Positions 27,745 to 39,546 of a stretch of 64,000 nt of DNA are shown in pieces. The translations under genes and the position numbers were made by a program. The notes under the pieces were generated by a model, which saw only the letters and a list, made by a program, of their open reading frames with translations, was not told the origin of the DNA and searched no databases. This DNA comes from Bugula neritina. Its lineage: Eukaryota > Animalia > Bryozoa. How positions within the stretch are numbered: position 1 is the first letter of the stretch; each line of letters opens with the position of its first letter. The stretch spans positions 29,032,628-29,096,627 of the forward strand of contig OZ037767.1 of assembly GCA_964035545.1 (NCBI GenBank), given 5' to 3'.

Positions 27745-29324
27745 GTTTCTGTCAATATTTCAACTATCTACAAAACATTACATGCTCTGTTTTCATATTC
27801 ATATCAGTTATCTAAAAGCACCAGAAGTTTGAAATATTTTCAATTTGATAAAATATGATAAACTCACAACAAATTTTCAAGTGATCTTTCTTAATTAATT
27901 ATATTCTATGGCTATAGCATACAGTCTTTACAAAAAAAATGATGAGTAGCCATTTAACATTAAGTGACCGAGTTAAGTCTGAGCGGCATTCATTAAAGTA
28001 ATTGCTGACTTGAAGTGCTCAAATTTCTTAATTTGACTTACTAAACTAATTGACTGAACTCAGTTTGAAAATGTTGATTGACTTGCCTTACACATTATCA
28101 TAGCTAAATTACATACATCATATTCAATAACATACTTTTTAATTTTTATTAATATCATTCACAATAACAAATAATTATATCTAATTCCATACATATTGAT
28201 ATAGCAAGAATAACATTTCTAAAAGTAAAAGTAACTTACTAGCTGCATGCAACTGCAAGTAATGCAGTACTAACTAACCTCTGCAACTATTATATTTAGT
28301 ATTAATTGTATGTGTTACTTTACACCAACATTACTTATACTATTACTATTAGTATTAGGCTTAGCAAAACTACTACGTCTACTGGTACTAGCTAATAATT
28401 ATAATTACCACACTGACAGTGACAGTTTAAGCCATTACGATTACGGATTAGGTATAGACTATAGACATAGTGATACTCATACTCGTACTGATTGGCTATC
28501 ATTATGAATACAGAATAGTAACAATTAACAATTACAAATACATTCACAATGATTATGAATAATTTTATTCACAATTACTATTAGTATTACTATTAGTATT
28601 AGTATTAGTATTACTATTAGTATTACTATAAGACTTAGTAACAAGTATAATATTTATAAAATACTAACTCTAAGTCAATAATAATTTTTCACTGGCAAAA
28701 AAGATAGCGAGTAATTATTGATACTTTAATAACAATAAAAATAAATAATAATCATAATGACAATGGCTAATGCAAATGTTGTCATTGATAATTACACCTT
28801 GAGCTACGAGCAGGTCTAATTTAGTAATAATTATAGCGATCAGTCATCGAGTCGGCTTCTCAAATGTGGCGTGTCCATTTCTTGCATTAGATAGCGCAAT
28901 CACTCACTCACCCATAATCAATATCTAGCGTGGCGACTTTAAGGCATAGAAAATCATTATGCCGCGTCTGTGCCGCGAGTTTTATATAAGTTATAGAGAG
29001 AAAATTTTTAAACTTTTGTTATTTTTTAATTTTATGTGTACATTTTGTTAGTTTTGTTTATTTGTTTAGTTTTTTAAACACATTTTTATAAACATAAAAT
29101 TAAAAACAATTTTAAAACTCACTCATGCACGTAAATACAAAATTATAAAGTTTAAGTTTTGCTGTGATTACAATGTGGATATATGAATAGAATATTGCTT
29201 GCAATAACCATTTTACACAAAACAGATTACAATGGCTATAAATGTAAAACTAGTAAGTTGGATGCAAATAGACATAGTAATACTACTTAATTTATGCTAT
29301 TTTTAAAATTTTAGTAATTTTTAG

Positions 29325-29994
<670 letters not shown>

Positions 29995-30452
29995 AATGCC
30001 CTTCATGTTGCTTTGCCTGCTTGCTTTGCAAAGATAGTTAACTAATTAATTAAAAATGCACCAAAATACCTGCATTGTGTAAATAAACATGCATTCGAGT
30101 ACGTATCAGAAACAAATCTATGATAATTTATTGAATGAAATAAGCCTACAAATAAACTAATAAATTAAAAGACAAAAATCAAAATGAAAAACTGTGAGAA
30201 TCAAAGAGAGTTTAAAAGAAAATTAGAAAAAACTTTTACCTGTATAATTTTTATATGCATAGCTATCAAAAATAATAATGTAAAGTTTCACAATAAAATA
30301 TTCAAACTTACAAACTTAATCTGACATCTTAAACTAGAAAAATACTAATCTTATTTATTTTGAAAAATAATGTTTTGACTACTCAATGTTATAGATCTAC
30401 ATATTCCACAGAGTGACAGTCTAAACACGGCTTGTTTGTTGAATAAACAGGA

Positions 30453-33400
30453 CTAAAAGTAATCATCAAATCTAGCCCGCTTTGCGAAGGAATAAGTTGG
30501 GTAGGTTCTTTTGAATTTCTCTGGATGATCAATGAGATAACATCTATGGCATTGTCCACCATGAGGTGTCTCGGTTCTCCAGTTACAACTAGTGCATAGT
30601 TCTCCTGTAGATGGAAACTTCTCAATGCTTCGGGTACCTCCTTTCATGGTGACTTCTGGAATTATCCTCTCTGGCAGACGAGCAGTACGGATGTACGGGC
30701 TATTTCGTTTATAGCTACCTGTTGACATAAAAATTGCCAACACGTTAGTTTTGCTCTCAAGGCATATTCCTGCTATTGCTGATAACATAATTTCATAAGT
30801 GTAATTATTATAATGATTATTTCATAATCATTATAATCTGTTTAGACAGGACATTGCTTCACTCGTGCTGAACAAATTTGAAATACAATAAAATAAAATA
30901 CAAGCTTACTATTTTCTCTCATTTTCTCTCATTTCTACTGTAGATAGAGCTGATTTACTTAGTTACAGTTAATAACTATACATATAAGCTTACTATTTTC
31001 CCTCATAAAGTCAGCATATCTTTCAGAGGAATACTTAACCAGCTCAGTTAAAGTGGCAGCAGGCATTCTTAAGCCTATTCTGCCATACAGAACATTCTTC
31101 AGTCTTGCCATATAGTACACATCTACAAGAGATTAAAAGCAATAGTTTACATCAAATTAAAACAAGGTCATGGTTAATATAGCGCTCAAAACAATAGTTA
31201 CCAGTTGCAGCATATTCCATGTATTCTTCTTTCAGTGGTCGCTTCTTCCAAAGCTGTTTGTCTGAATCAAATGCTTTATGCATCCTTTCTTTGGCAGCAC
31301 CAGAGAAGCCACATCCTGTAAAAAAAGTCAAGAAGTCAAAACTAAACTTCAATGAGTCATTATGAAATATGTATAGTTATCAGCACTTCTTACCAATAGA
31401 AGACAAACACGTCTATGCAAGTGATCACAACAGAGGTAATTATTGACTGCCGAAATTTGCTATAGCAACTGAGTTAATTTAGATCAGGGTATATTTTTTT
31501 AAAACAACAAAAATATGTTTTTATACATACGACACTTCATGTAATGTCATGCTTATTTTTATGAGAAGTAAACTGTTACTACACTATATTCCCACCTTTC
31601 ATGTGGTACTCCATACACTTCTGAAGACCACTGACACATCGCCAATCTTTGCCCTGAAGCTTCATATTTATAGAATTGAGTAGTTGCATGTCCAGCATAC
31701 CTGCAATGTTTGCACACAAGCTTAAAAATTTTGGTATATTTTGATTTTATTTCAAGGCAGAAAATTATAGTTCAATTGTGACAATTAACTTGAATTAAAA
31801 TACTAATCATTGTAAAAACTTAATGATTACAAGCATGTGGTAATGTTTGTTTGCCGACCTAATATTATATTATATTACAGCTTTTTTATAATAAGTAATA
31901 TGTTACAAAATAGTTTCCTACATGATGCAGCATAAGCTTCGTATAGCTATAACACATAATTGTTATAAAAAATATGTAATACATATAATTTATTTCATAG
32001 CATTTCAAATTATTAATTTGAAATGTCAAACAATTAATTTATTTCAAGTGACTGTATAACTGTGAATACAGTTCTTATGATTAGTTTTTGCTTCAAACTA
32101 TAGAAACTGGCTGTGTTCTTATATGGAAGATTACTATATGAAAAACCCGCAACTTGAAAAGAAAAAGAAATCCCCTTGCTATAAATAAAATATATCAGTA
32201 ACAGCAGCTATGCATGTATATAATGGTATATATGCATGTATATAATGGCATATATGCATGTATATAATGGTATATATGCATGTATATAATGGTATATATG
32301 CATGTATATAATGGTATATATGCATGTATATATTGGCATATATGGTTGTTGTTTGTATGGGGTCTTTAGTAGATATTGGCTACATATGTAGCTAATGTAG
32401 CTGCCAAAGTCATATATGCCTAACAATTTTCTACTATCCAATTTTAAGCCACTGCTAATATATTGTTATTTTATGTTGCCATGTTTTGATGGAATACCTG
32501 TGATAGGTTGTTAATGTATATATGTGTTGTAGATGTATATAGGTGTTGTGAATGTATATAGATGTTGTAGATGTATATAGGTGTTGTAGATGTATATAGG
32601 TGTTGTAGATGTATATAGGTGTTGTAGATGTATATAGGTGTTGTAAATGTATATAGGTGTTGTAAATGTACATAGGTGTTGTAGATGTATATAGGTGTTG
32701 TAGATGTATATAGATGTTGTAGATGTATATAGGTGTTGTAAATGTATATATATGTGTTGTAGATGTATATAGGTGTTGTAAATGTATATAGGTGTTGTAA
32801 ATGTACATAGGTGTTGTAGATGTATATAGGTGTTGTAGATGTATATAGATGTTGTAGATGTATATAGGTGTTGTAAATGTATATATAGGTGTTGTAGATG
32901 TATATAGGTGTTGTAAATGTATATAGGTGTTGTAGATGTATATAGGTGTTGTAGGTGTATATAGGTGTTGTAAATGTATATATTTGTTGTAGATGTATAT
33001 AGGTTTTGTAGATGTATATAGGTGTTGTAGATGTATATAGGTGTTGTAAATGTATATAGGTGTTGTAGATGTATATAGGTGTTGTAGATGTATATAGGTG
33101 TTGTAGATGTATATAGGTGTTGTAGGTGTATATAGGTGTTGTAAATGTATATATTTGTTGTAGATGTATATAGGTTTTGTAGATGTATATAGGTGTTGTA
33201 AATGTATATAGATGTTTAGATGCTTATAATTCTGGTAATTTACTGCAGACTTTTGAACAGCATGCGTGATACTGCAAAGTAACCACTTGAAGATAAATTA
33301 AACAGGAAAGAAGTGTAGTAACGGAAAATAAAAAATTGACTGAAAAGGATGTAATGAAAACTTCTAGAGAAATTTTATGATGTGTTATTCAAATATTATG

Positions 33401-34627
33401 TTAAATGATGCATGTTACTTTCGATTTTAAATATAAGCATTCATATGCCAAGATTCTCCCTAGGGCCTAGAATAAGTGTTATCAGGTTAAATGTTGATGC
33501 ATGTGCAGTCTTTCCAGAAAAATTTACTTCTTCCTCTTTAGAATAAACCTCCCCAAGTACCATTTTATAAAAGCATCCACCAGCTATAGATCTGTACAGA
33601 AGTAATCTATTAAAAGCAAGAAGTTACAGTTTCAGTTGAAAGTTACGATGACTTATTACCTTGAACTTTGACCCCATAAAGATGCTGCAGGGCATTACAA
33701 TCTTCACGACAATCATAGAACAGTTTGGTGACTTGGGCATCTTCCAGTATATCTTTCAAACCTGAGAAAACCACAAGATGGACATAATAGGTAGTTTTTA
33801 TGTTCGAAGTCTCTGTTTGTAAGAAACAATGACCATTCTCAATTTTTAAATGTTGCATTGACAGTTCATGTTTTTAAAAATATTGTCCTAAAGAAAACGT
33901 TGCATCACAAGCTCAACACTGTTACATACCAACACATTCACTTCCTTCACATCCAAATTACCAAACAGATAATACAGAAACCGTACCACTGTTTATCTTG
34001 TTAAGACAAAGCTACTGCGTAGCATGTTTTGGGATTTAGGTAAAGCAAAAATATTTTTATCCATTTTTATTTGCTCTAAAAGACTTGTAACTAAGAGTTA
34101 AACTACCAAAATACTTCAGGCAAATATGATAACAAGCACTCTAGCTGCAACCTCGTTTGTCAGTACAAAATGAATTTGCAGCCATTCTGATATTTTCAAA
34201 TGTGACCTCAGGTAGTCTGCTAATGGCTTGGCATGTGGCCTAATTCATACAAGTAAACTATAGCTAAGGTTTGAGAAAGCAACCTGCAAAAACATGCTAT
34301 ATTAAAGTGCTGCAATACATCAGATGTTGATATTGTACAATGATTTTTAGGATGGAATTATATTAATATCAAACTTTGGTTACAAAGCTTACCTTGATCA
34401 AATATTTTCCTCCCCAAGACCACCACATCAAAGAGATACACTTTCTGTGCAGTTGCTACTTGGACCAGACACAACTCTCCAGTCCTCCCCAGCTCCACAC
34501 CTTCACAGTCCACACTCAGCTGAGTTTCTCCTCTCAGGAGTTCTATAACATCTGGTAGCTGATGTTCTTTATCAATTAGTTCCATGGAAATTTTATTACT
34601 ACCCAGTGGCAACTTATGCGAAGCCAT
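30453..34627 (-). CDS. EXD1/Egalitarian-like DEDDy 3'-5' exonuclease with C-terminal C4 motif, copy A1 (catalytic residues intact)
   Basis: Exons ~34393-34627 (SVDCEGVELGRTGELCLVQVAT..VYLFDV), 33660-33761 (LKDILED..KLFYDCREDCNALQH), 31596-31701 (LDMQ), 31202-31316 (LWKKRPLKEEYMEYAAT), 30994-31122 (DVYY), 30453-30718 (LPERIIPEV..CTSC..CHRC). ExoI DxE, ExoII D and ExoIII YxxxD are present. Confidence 0.88.
32208..32335. repeat. 22-bp minisatellite TATGCATGTATATAATGGTATA, ~5.5 copies
   Basis: Direct tandem repetition in intron 2 of copy A1. Confidence 0.9.
32505..33222. repeat. 19-bp minisatellite ATGTATATAGGTGTTGTAG, roughly 35-38 copies
   Basis: Direct tandem repetition in intron 2 of copy A1. 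Confidence 0.95.
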
Positions 34628-35865
34628 AATATATCACTCCTTTATGAGGGTTGATAGAAGCAAACTTTATGGAGAGAATTTTATATGTGAAATGCTTTGG
34701 TTAAGCTTATGTATCAACAGACAGCAATATTGGCATCGGACTTTGCCTTTAGCTTTAGTTATTAAAAATTAGGTATGATATTTTGTTAATATAGTTGGGG
34801 GAGTATCCACTACCACACATATAGCTTTAGTCAAAGTCATGAACAAAGTCTAAATACTTGCAAAAAAAATTCTCAAGAAGGGACTTCTGGTAACAATCAA
34901 TAAAATGCTTACAATTCAGTTAATATTTGCACTATTGTGTATATGCATATTATGTGAAATGATTGTTCACTATACGTAGTCATACAAAGGATCAATAGAT
35001 TGTTAATAGAATTCCCCTTTCCTTGCCCTGATGCTTGCAGTTACAACCTTATAATGTCACCAACTCAGCTATCATTTCCAGTTTTACAATAATTTTAGAT
35101 AGATAGAAACCATATTATTCTAATTAACTTCATTGTTTTGTTTTCCTTTAATTTGGTGCAAATTTCAAGTTTTCCACACACACACACGCACACGCACACG
35201 CACACGCATACAAACGGATAATCGGATATTTGTATATGAGAAATACACTGAACTTTAGAATTGAAAAGTTATTAAGCTTTATTTTCCATATTAAGTTTAT
35301 GCCTTTAGGTTTGCAGATGACAGCCAAATTGATACGAAATACGCTGGTTACATCAAAAGTGGTAATTATGCCTTCATTATATCATACAGATCACATAGAA
35401 TATTATAGCCATAACGTTTTGCATATAAGATTATATAAATTGCAAACTCATAGACTGCTGTAGGTTGAGAATAACATTGCATCTGTGACACTTTTTCTTA
35501 TACAGGACTTCAGCTCTCCAATTGCAAATGGTGCACAACTCTCCTGTGGAGGGAAACTTCTCAATATTCCAAGCTCCTCCTCTCCTAGTGACTTCTGGAA
35601 TTATCCTCTCAGGCAGACGTGCAGATTGGAAATACGGACTACCTTGCTTGTATCCCCCTAAACAAAGCTGACCATATTAACTTTCTCCCTTAGACTTACA
35701 GTGATATAGCAAAACTACGGTGAACAGATTGCATTGTGTATTTTAGCTGTTACAACAAACTTGCGGACAAAACAAAGTGAACAGAAACATTCATGTTTTT
35801 ATAAAAAGTGTAGCAGATTTAAATGTGATACATAGAACTTTAGGATTTTTCAACTCTTTTTACTG

Positions 35866-35948
35866 TAAATTATAAAACCTTCACCCGACTGGGATTCGAA
35901 CCTGAGATCTCAGGCTTGTAATTACACCATGGGGGCTACTGGGTATTC
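35866..35948 (-). mobile_element. tRNA-derived SINE-like head (truncated), intron 5 of B1
   Basis: Minus strand reads CCCAGTAGCCCCCATGGTGTAAT...GGTTCGAATCCCAGTCGGGTGAAGG: partial A box and a canonical B box. Paralogous copies at ~44820-44900 and ~54210-54290; a related element occurs at 63138. Confidence 0.55.
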
Positions 35949-36529
35949 TCAATACTATATAAAGAGAGCCCATTTAAGTAAAAAGGTTTTTGTAACTATC
36001 AGTAATTACTTACTATTTTCTCTCATGAATTCAGCATATCTTTCAGAGGAATACTTAACCAGCTCAGTTAAAGTGGCAGCAGGCATTCGTGACCCTATTC
36101 TTTTATAAAGTGCTTCTTTCAGCTTTGCCAAATAGTACACTTCTAAGGGAAATAATATCAATTGATTTTATTTGATGTTGTATAAGCAAAACATGTAAGG
36201 CTTGGAGCAAGAGAACTATAGTCTCAAGTATAAGTTACCAGTTGCAGCATATGGCATGTATTTTCCTTCAATGATTGCTTCTCCCAAAGTTGCTTGTCAG
36301 AGTTGAATGCTCTGAATAAATTTTCTTTGGCAAGAGTTGAAATACTACATCCTAAAGAATATTACAGATGTTGATTACTCAAATAAAATATAGTTTTCTT
36401 TACTAAGCCAACAGCTAATTGGTTACCATAAACGATCATTGTGGTTGTCTGAAAATAAAAGACTTGGAATTCAAATATTGATAAAAATCGTTTCATTTAT
36501 TCCTAGCATATATGTATATAATAATTGTA

Positions 36530-36589
36530 TGATATTTATTTATATTTATATTTGTATTTATATTTATATTTATATTTATATTTATTTAC

Positions 36590-36666
<77 letters not shown>
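36530..36666. repeat. (ATTTAT)n + (TA)n microsatellite
   Basis: Seen directly; absent at the equivalent site in B2 and B3. Confidence 0.9.
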
Positions 36667-36669
<3 letters not shown>

Positions 36670-38427
36670 ATTGTATAATGTAGTTATTATATATTATATT
36701 ATAATTAATGTGTATAAAGTACGTATAAACTTAGCAAATTTCAAATCATTAGCAACTTACCTTCCATGTGATATTCAATACATCTGTGGAGGCTCTTTGC
36801 CCATTTCCATCTTCCATCTTCTATTTCAAGTTTCATTTGAATAGCATTGAGTATTTGAAGGTCTAAGATACCTGTCAAAGTAGTATATAACATACAATAT
36901 ATAACACATATGTTATACATGTACATCCATAATACATATAATACAACACATGTATAACACATATATGATGCATAAATTATAGACTACATAGTCTGGAAAC
37001 AGAAAAGAGATCATGTTGTGTACTACTATACACACAGAATAGTATAATAGTAGTATCCACCTGAATTTTAATTACCACATGTATAAGGCACAAAATAACA
37101 ACTGACTTACTAAATACAGCTTTATGATTGGCTGGTCGATGGAACCACAAAATGATGTTGCATGGTAAAAACACATGCTCACTTGAATCCAAAGGACTTA
37201 CCTTGAACTTTGACATCATAGCCATGTTGCAGTATGTTGCAATCTTCCCGGCAATCAAAGAAAAGTTTAGTAATTCCAGCGTCTTCTAGCACATCCTTTA
37301 AACCTAAAGTTTGCATGTTCTTATATCGTTAATTTCAAAAATTTGTTAAAAAACTTTTTATAATTACTTTTTTTTGCTTTAGTTGTTGTTATTGAAAAGG
37401 TTGACATAGTTTAGGTTAGTTCGAATATTAGTATTGCCAACTGGATATTATAAAAATCAGTAAAACAATACACGAAACTTTTTCATTTTAGCAATTACAA
37501 GCTGTATCTTACAGACATTTTAATAAAACCAATATCGAAAATTTTGTGATGCCAACACAAATAAATCAACTACCAAAATGGAAAGAGTTTAAATTTCACC
37601 TTGATCGAATATTTTCCTCCCCAAGACTACCACATCAAAGAGATACACCTTCTGTGAAGTTGCTACTTGAACCAGACACAATTCTCCAAATCTCCCCAGT
37701 TCCACACCTTCGCAGTCCACACTTAGCTGAGTTTCTTTTTTCAGAAGTTGTATAACGTCTGATAGTTGATGTTCTTTATCAACCAGTTCAATGGGAATGC
37801 TGTTGCTGTCCACCCTCAACTCAGAGAAACCAGCCAATTGATTCTCTGCCATAATTTAGCTATGATTGGGAAGTTACTTGAGTTACCTTCAGCAATTGTT
37901 AATCTACCAGTTTTTGGTTACAGACGGAGCTTGTGGTTAAAAGAGTTGATGGCTTTCTTTATGGCTGCATATAGCTTTAAATTGGAAAGTTCTGCTTTCA
38001 GATTGAAAGCTATATTCAATGAAAATTCAATTTTAATTAAGAGACAAATCCAAAGGCTGACTGCTTCTAAAAAGAAATTTAATGATAACTTTAGTTAGTC
38101 ATTAGAATAAAAAAGACAAATGTAGGCTATGTTCGTTGATAAAACTTATGATTAGTGTATTACAAAAAGTATCAGCAAGAAATAGTTGTCAGGTTTATGT
38201 TCCTATATGTTAGCAGTTGACCACTAAAATCACAAGATGTACAGGGATTACACAAAGTGTGTTAAACACATCTACACATGCGTTTGTTATATAACGTTTC
38301 AGCTTCGGATGTAATGAAAGACATTAGTCTTTCCAAGCCTTTCTCTCCTCCCCCTCCCCCCTCTCTCTCTTACCATGAATTGAAATAATTTAAGTAAACA
38401 GATATATTATCAGAATCAAGTTACTTA

Positions 38428-38777
38428 CTACTTTCCCGTATGAAGTCAGCATGTCTTTCAGATGAATACCTAGCCAGTTCAGGTAAAATTGCATCAGGTA
38501 TTTGTAAGCTCATTTTTTCATACAGGATATTCTTCATCTGTTCCATATAGCACACATCTATGAGGATAAGATATTAAGGCAGTTTATTAGATATTATAAA
38601 AGTAAAGCATGCAAAGCTTTGACTAGACAGTGGGTAAATGACAACACCAAAATATATATTACCAGTTGCAGCATATTCCATGTATTTTTCTTTCAGTGGT
38701 CGCTTCCTCAAAAGCTCTCTGTCGGAGTTCAATGCTCTGTGTACTCTTTCCTTGGCAGCAATTGAGGGGCCGCATCC
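38428..38777 (-). pseudogene. Orphan exons 4-5 of a C-type EXD1-like gene (fragment C1)
   Basis: GCGPSIAAKERVHRALNSDRELLRKRPLKEKYMEYAAT / DVCYMEQMKNILYEKMSLQIPDAILPELARYSSERHADFIRES, near-identical to 57187-57535. Exons 1-3 are absent (duplication junction at ~38780) and exon 6 is deleted (~38278). Confidence 0.88.
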
Positions 38778-39546
38778 TAATGATAATGAAAATGTTGTCA
38801 TTGATAACATTAATTTACACCTTGAGCTACGAACAGGTATAATTTAGTAATAATTATAGTGAACAGTCATCGGGTGGGCTTCTTAAATGTGGCGTGTCCA
38901 TTTCTTGCTCACTCCCAAAAGTTTGAAGTTGCGTCATTGTAGCATTTAACCTTCACCATGCAGCTGCTATCGAAGTATGGTGGGAGTTACAAAATTGCGT
39001 AATAGTAGTACTATTATAGTACGAATATTTCATATACCTGCTAATTTCTCTGTAATCATGGTCCAATAAACGACTTTCATGTTTGTTGCTTAGCTTTACA
39101 ATTCGAAAACATTTAACTAATAAATTAAAAATGTACCAAAATACCTGTTTGTGTAAATAAACATTCAAATATCAAAAATAAACCTGTGGTGTTTTATTGA
39201 ATGAAATAAGCCTACAAATAAACTAATAAATTAAAAGACAAAAATCAAGATTAAAAACTGTGAGAGTCAAAGAGAATTTAAAAGAAATTAGAAAAAATAT
39301 TTATTATAGGCCTACATAGGCATCTATATAATATTTATATATATAGCTATCAAAAAATAACATAAAGTTTCACAATAAATAAATCATACTTGTAGATACA
39401 ATCTGACATCTCAACCTAATACTAATCTTACTCATTTTGAAAATAATGTTTTGACTAAGCAACGTCTTATAAATCTACATATTCCACAGGGTGACAGTCT
39501 CAACCCAGTTATAGTTTGTTGAATCAACAGGGTTAAAGGTCATCAT

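Larger units (their letters stand above)
35431..37852 (-). pseudogene. EXD1-like exonuclease copy B1; 1-nt deletion frameshift in exon 4 (probable pseudogene or homopolymer sequencing error)
   Basis: Exons ~37600-37852, 37202-37303, 36761-36871, 36238-36351, 36014-36141, 35431-35657. At 36258-36266 it reads GTATTTTCC, whereas B3 has GTATTTTTCC and B2 GTACTTTTCC; this shifts the frame just before YAAT. Confidence 0.75.

Noticed and set aside
30350-30455. Possible stop read-through or frameshift adding a further CxxC (CGIC or CLDC) after the A1 stop
   Set aside because: The homologous sequence in A2, A3 and D is not in a consistent frame relative to their stops; best read as 3' UTR.
35866-35948. 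Functional tRNA gene
   Set aside because: A B box is present, but the D and anticodon arms are truncated and no cloverleaf forms; treated as a SINE-like relic.
36977-37258. Recurrent ORFs MIAGKIATYCNM... (also 45812, 55207) and plus-strand ORFs over exons
   Set aside because: Alternative-frame or antisense shadows of real exons, repeated only because the DNA is duplicated.
38911-38987. Small element bounded by ACTCCCA...TGGGAGT (also ~47711-47787)
   Set aside because: Only a 7-bp inverted match with no clear TSD; insufficient evidence.
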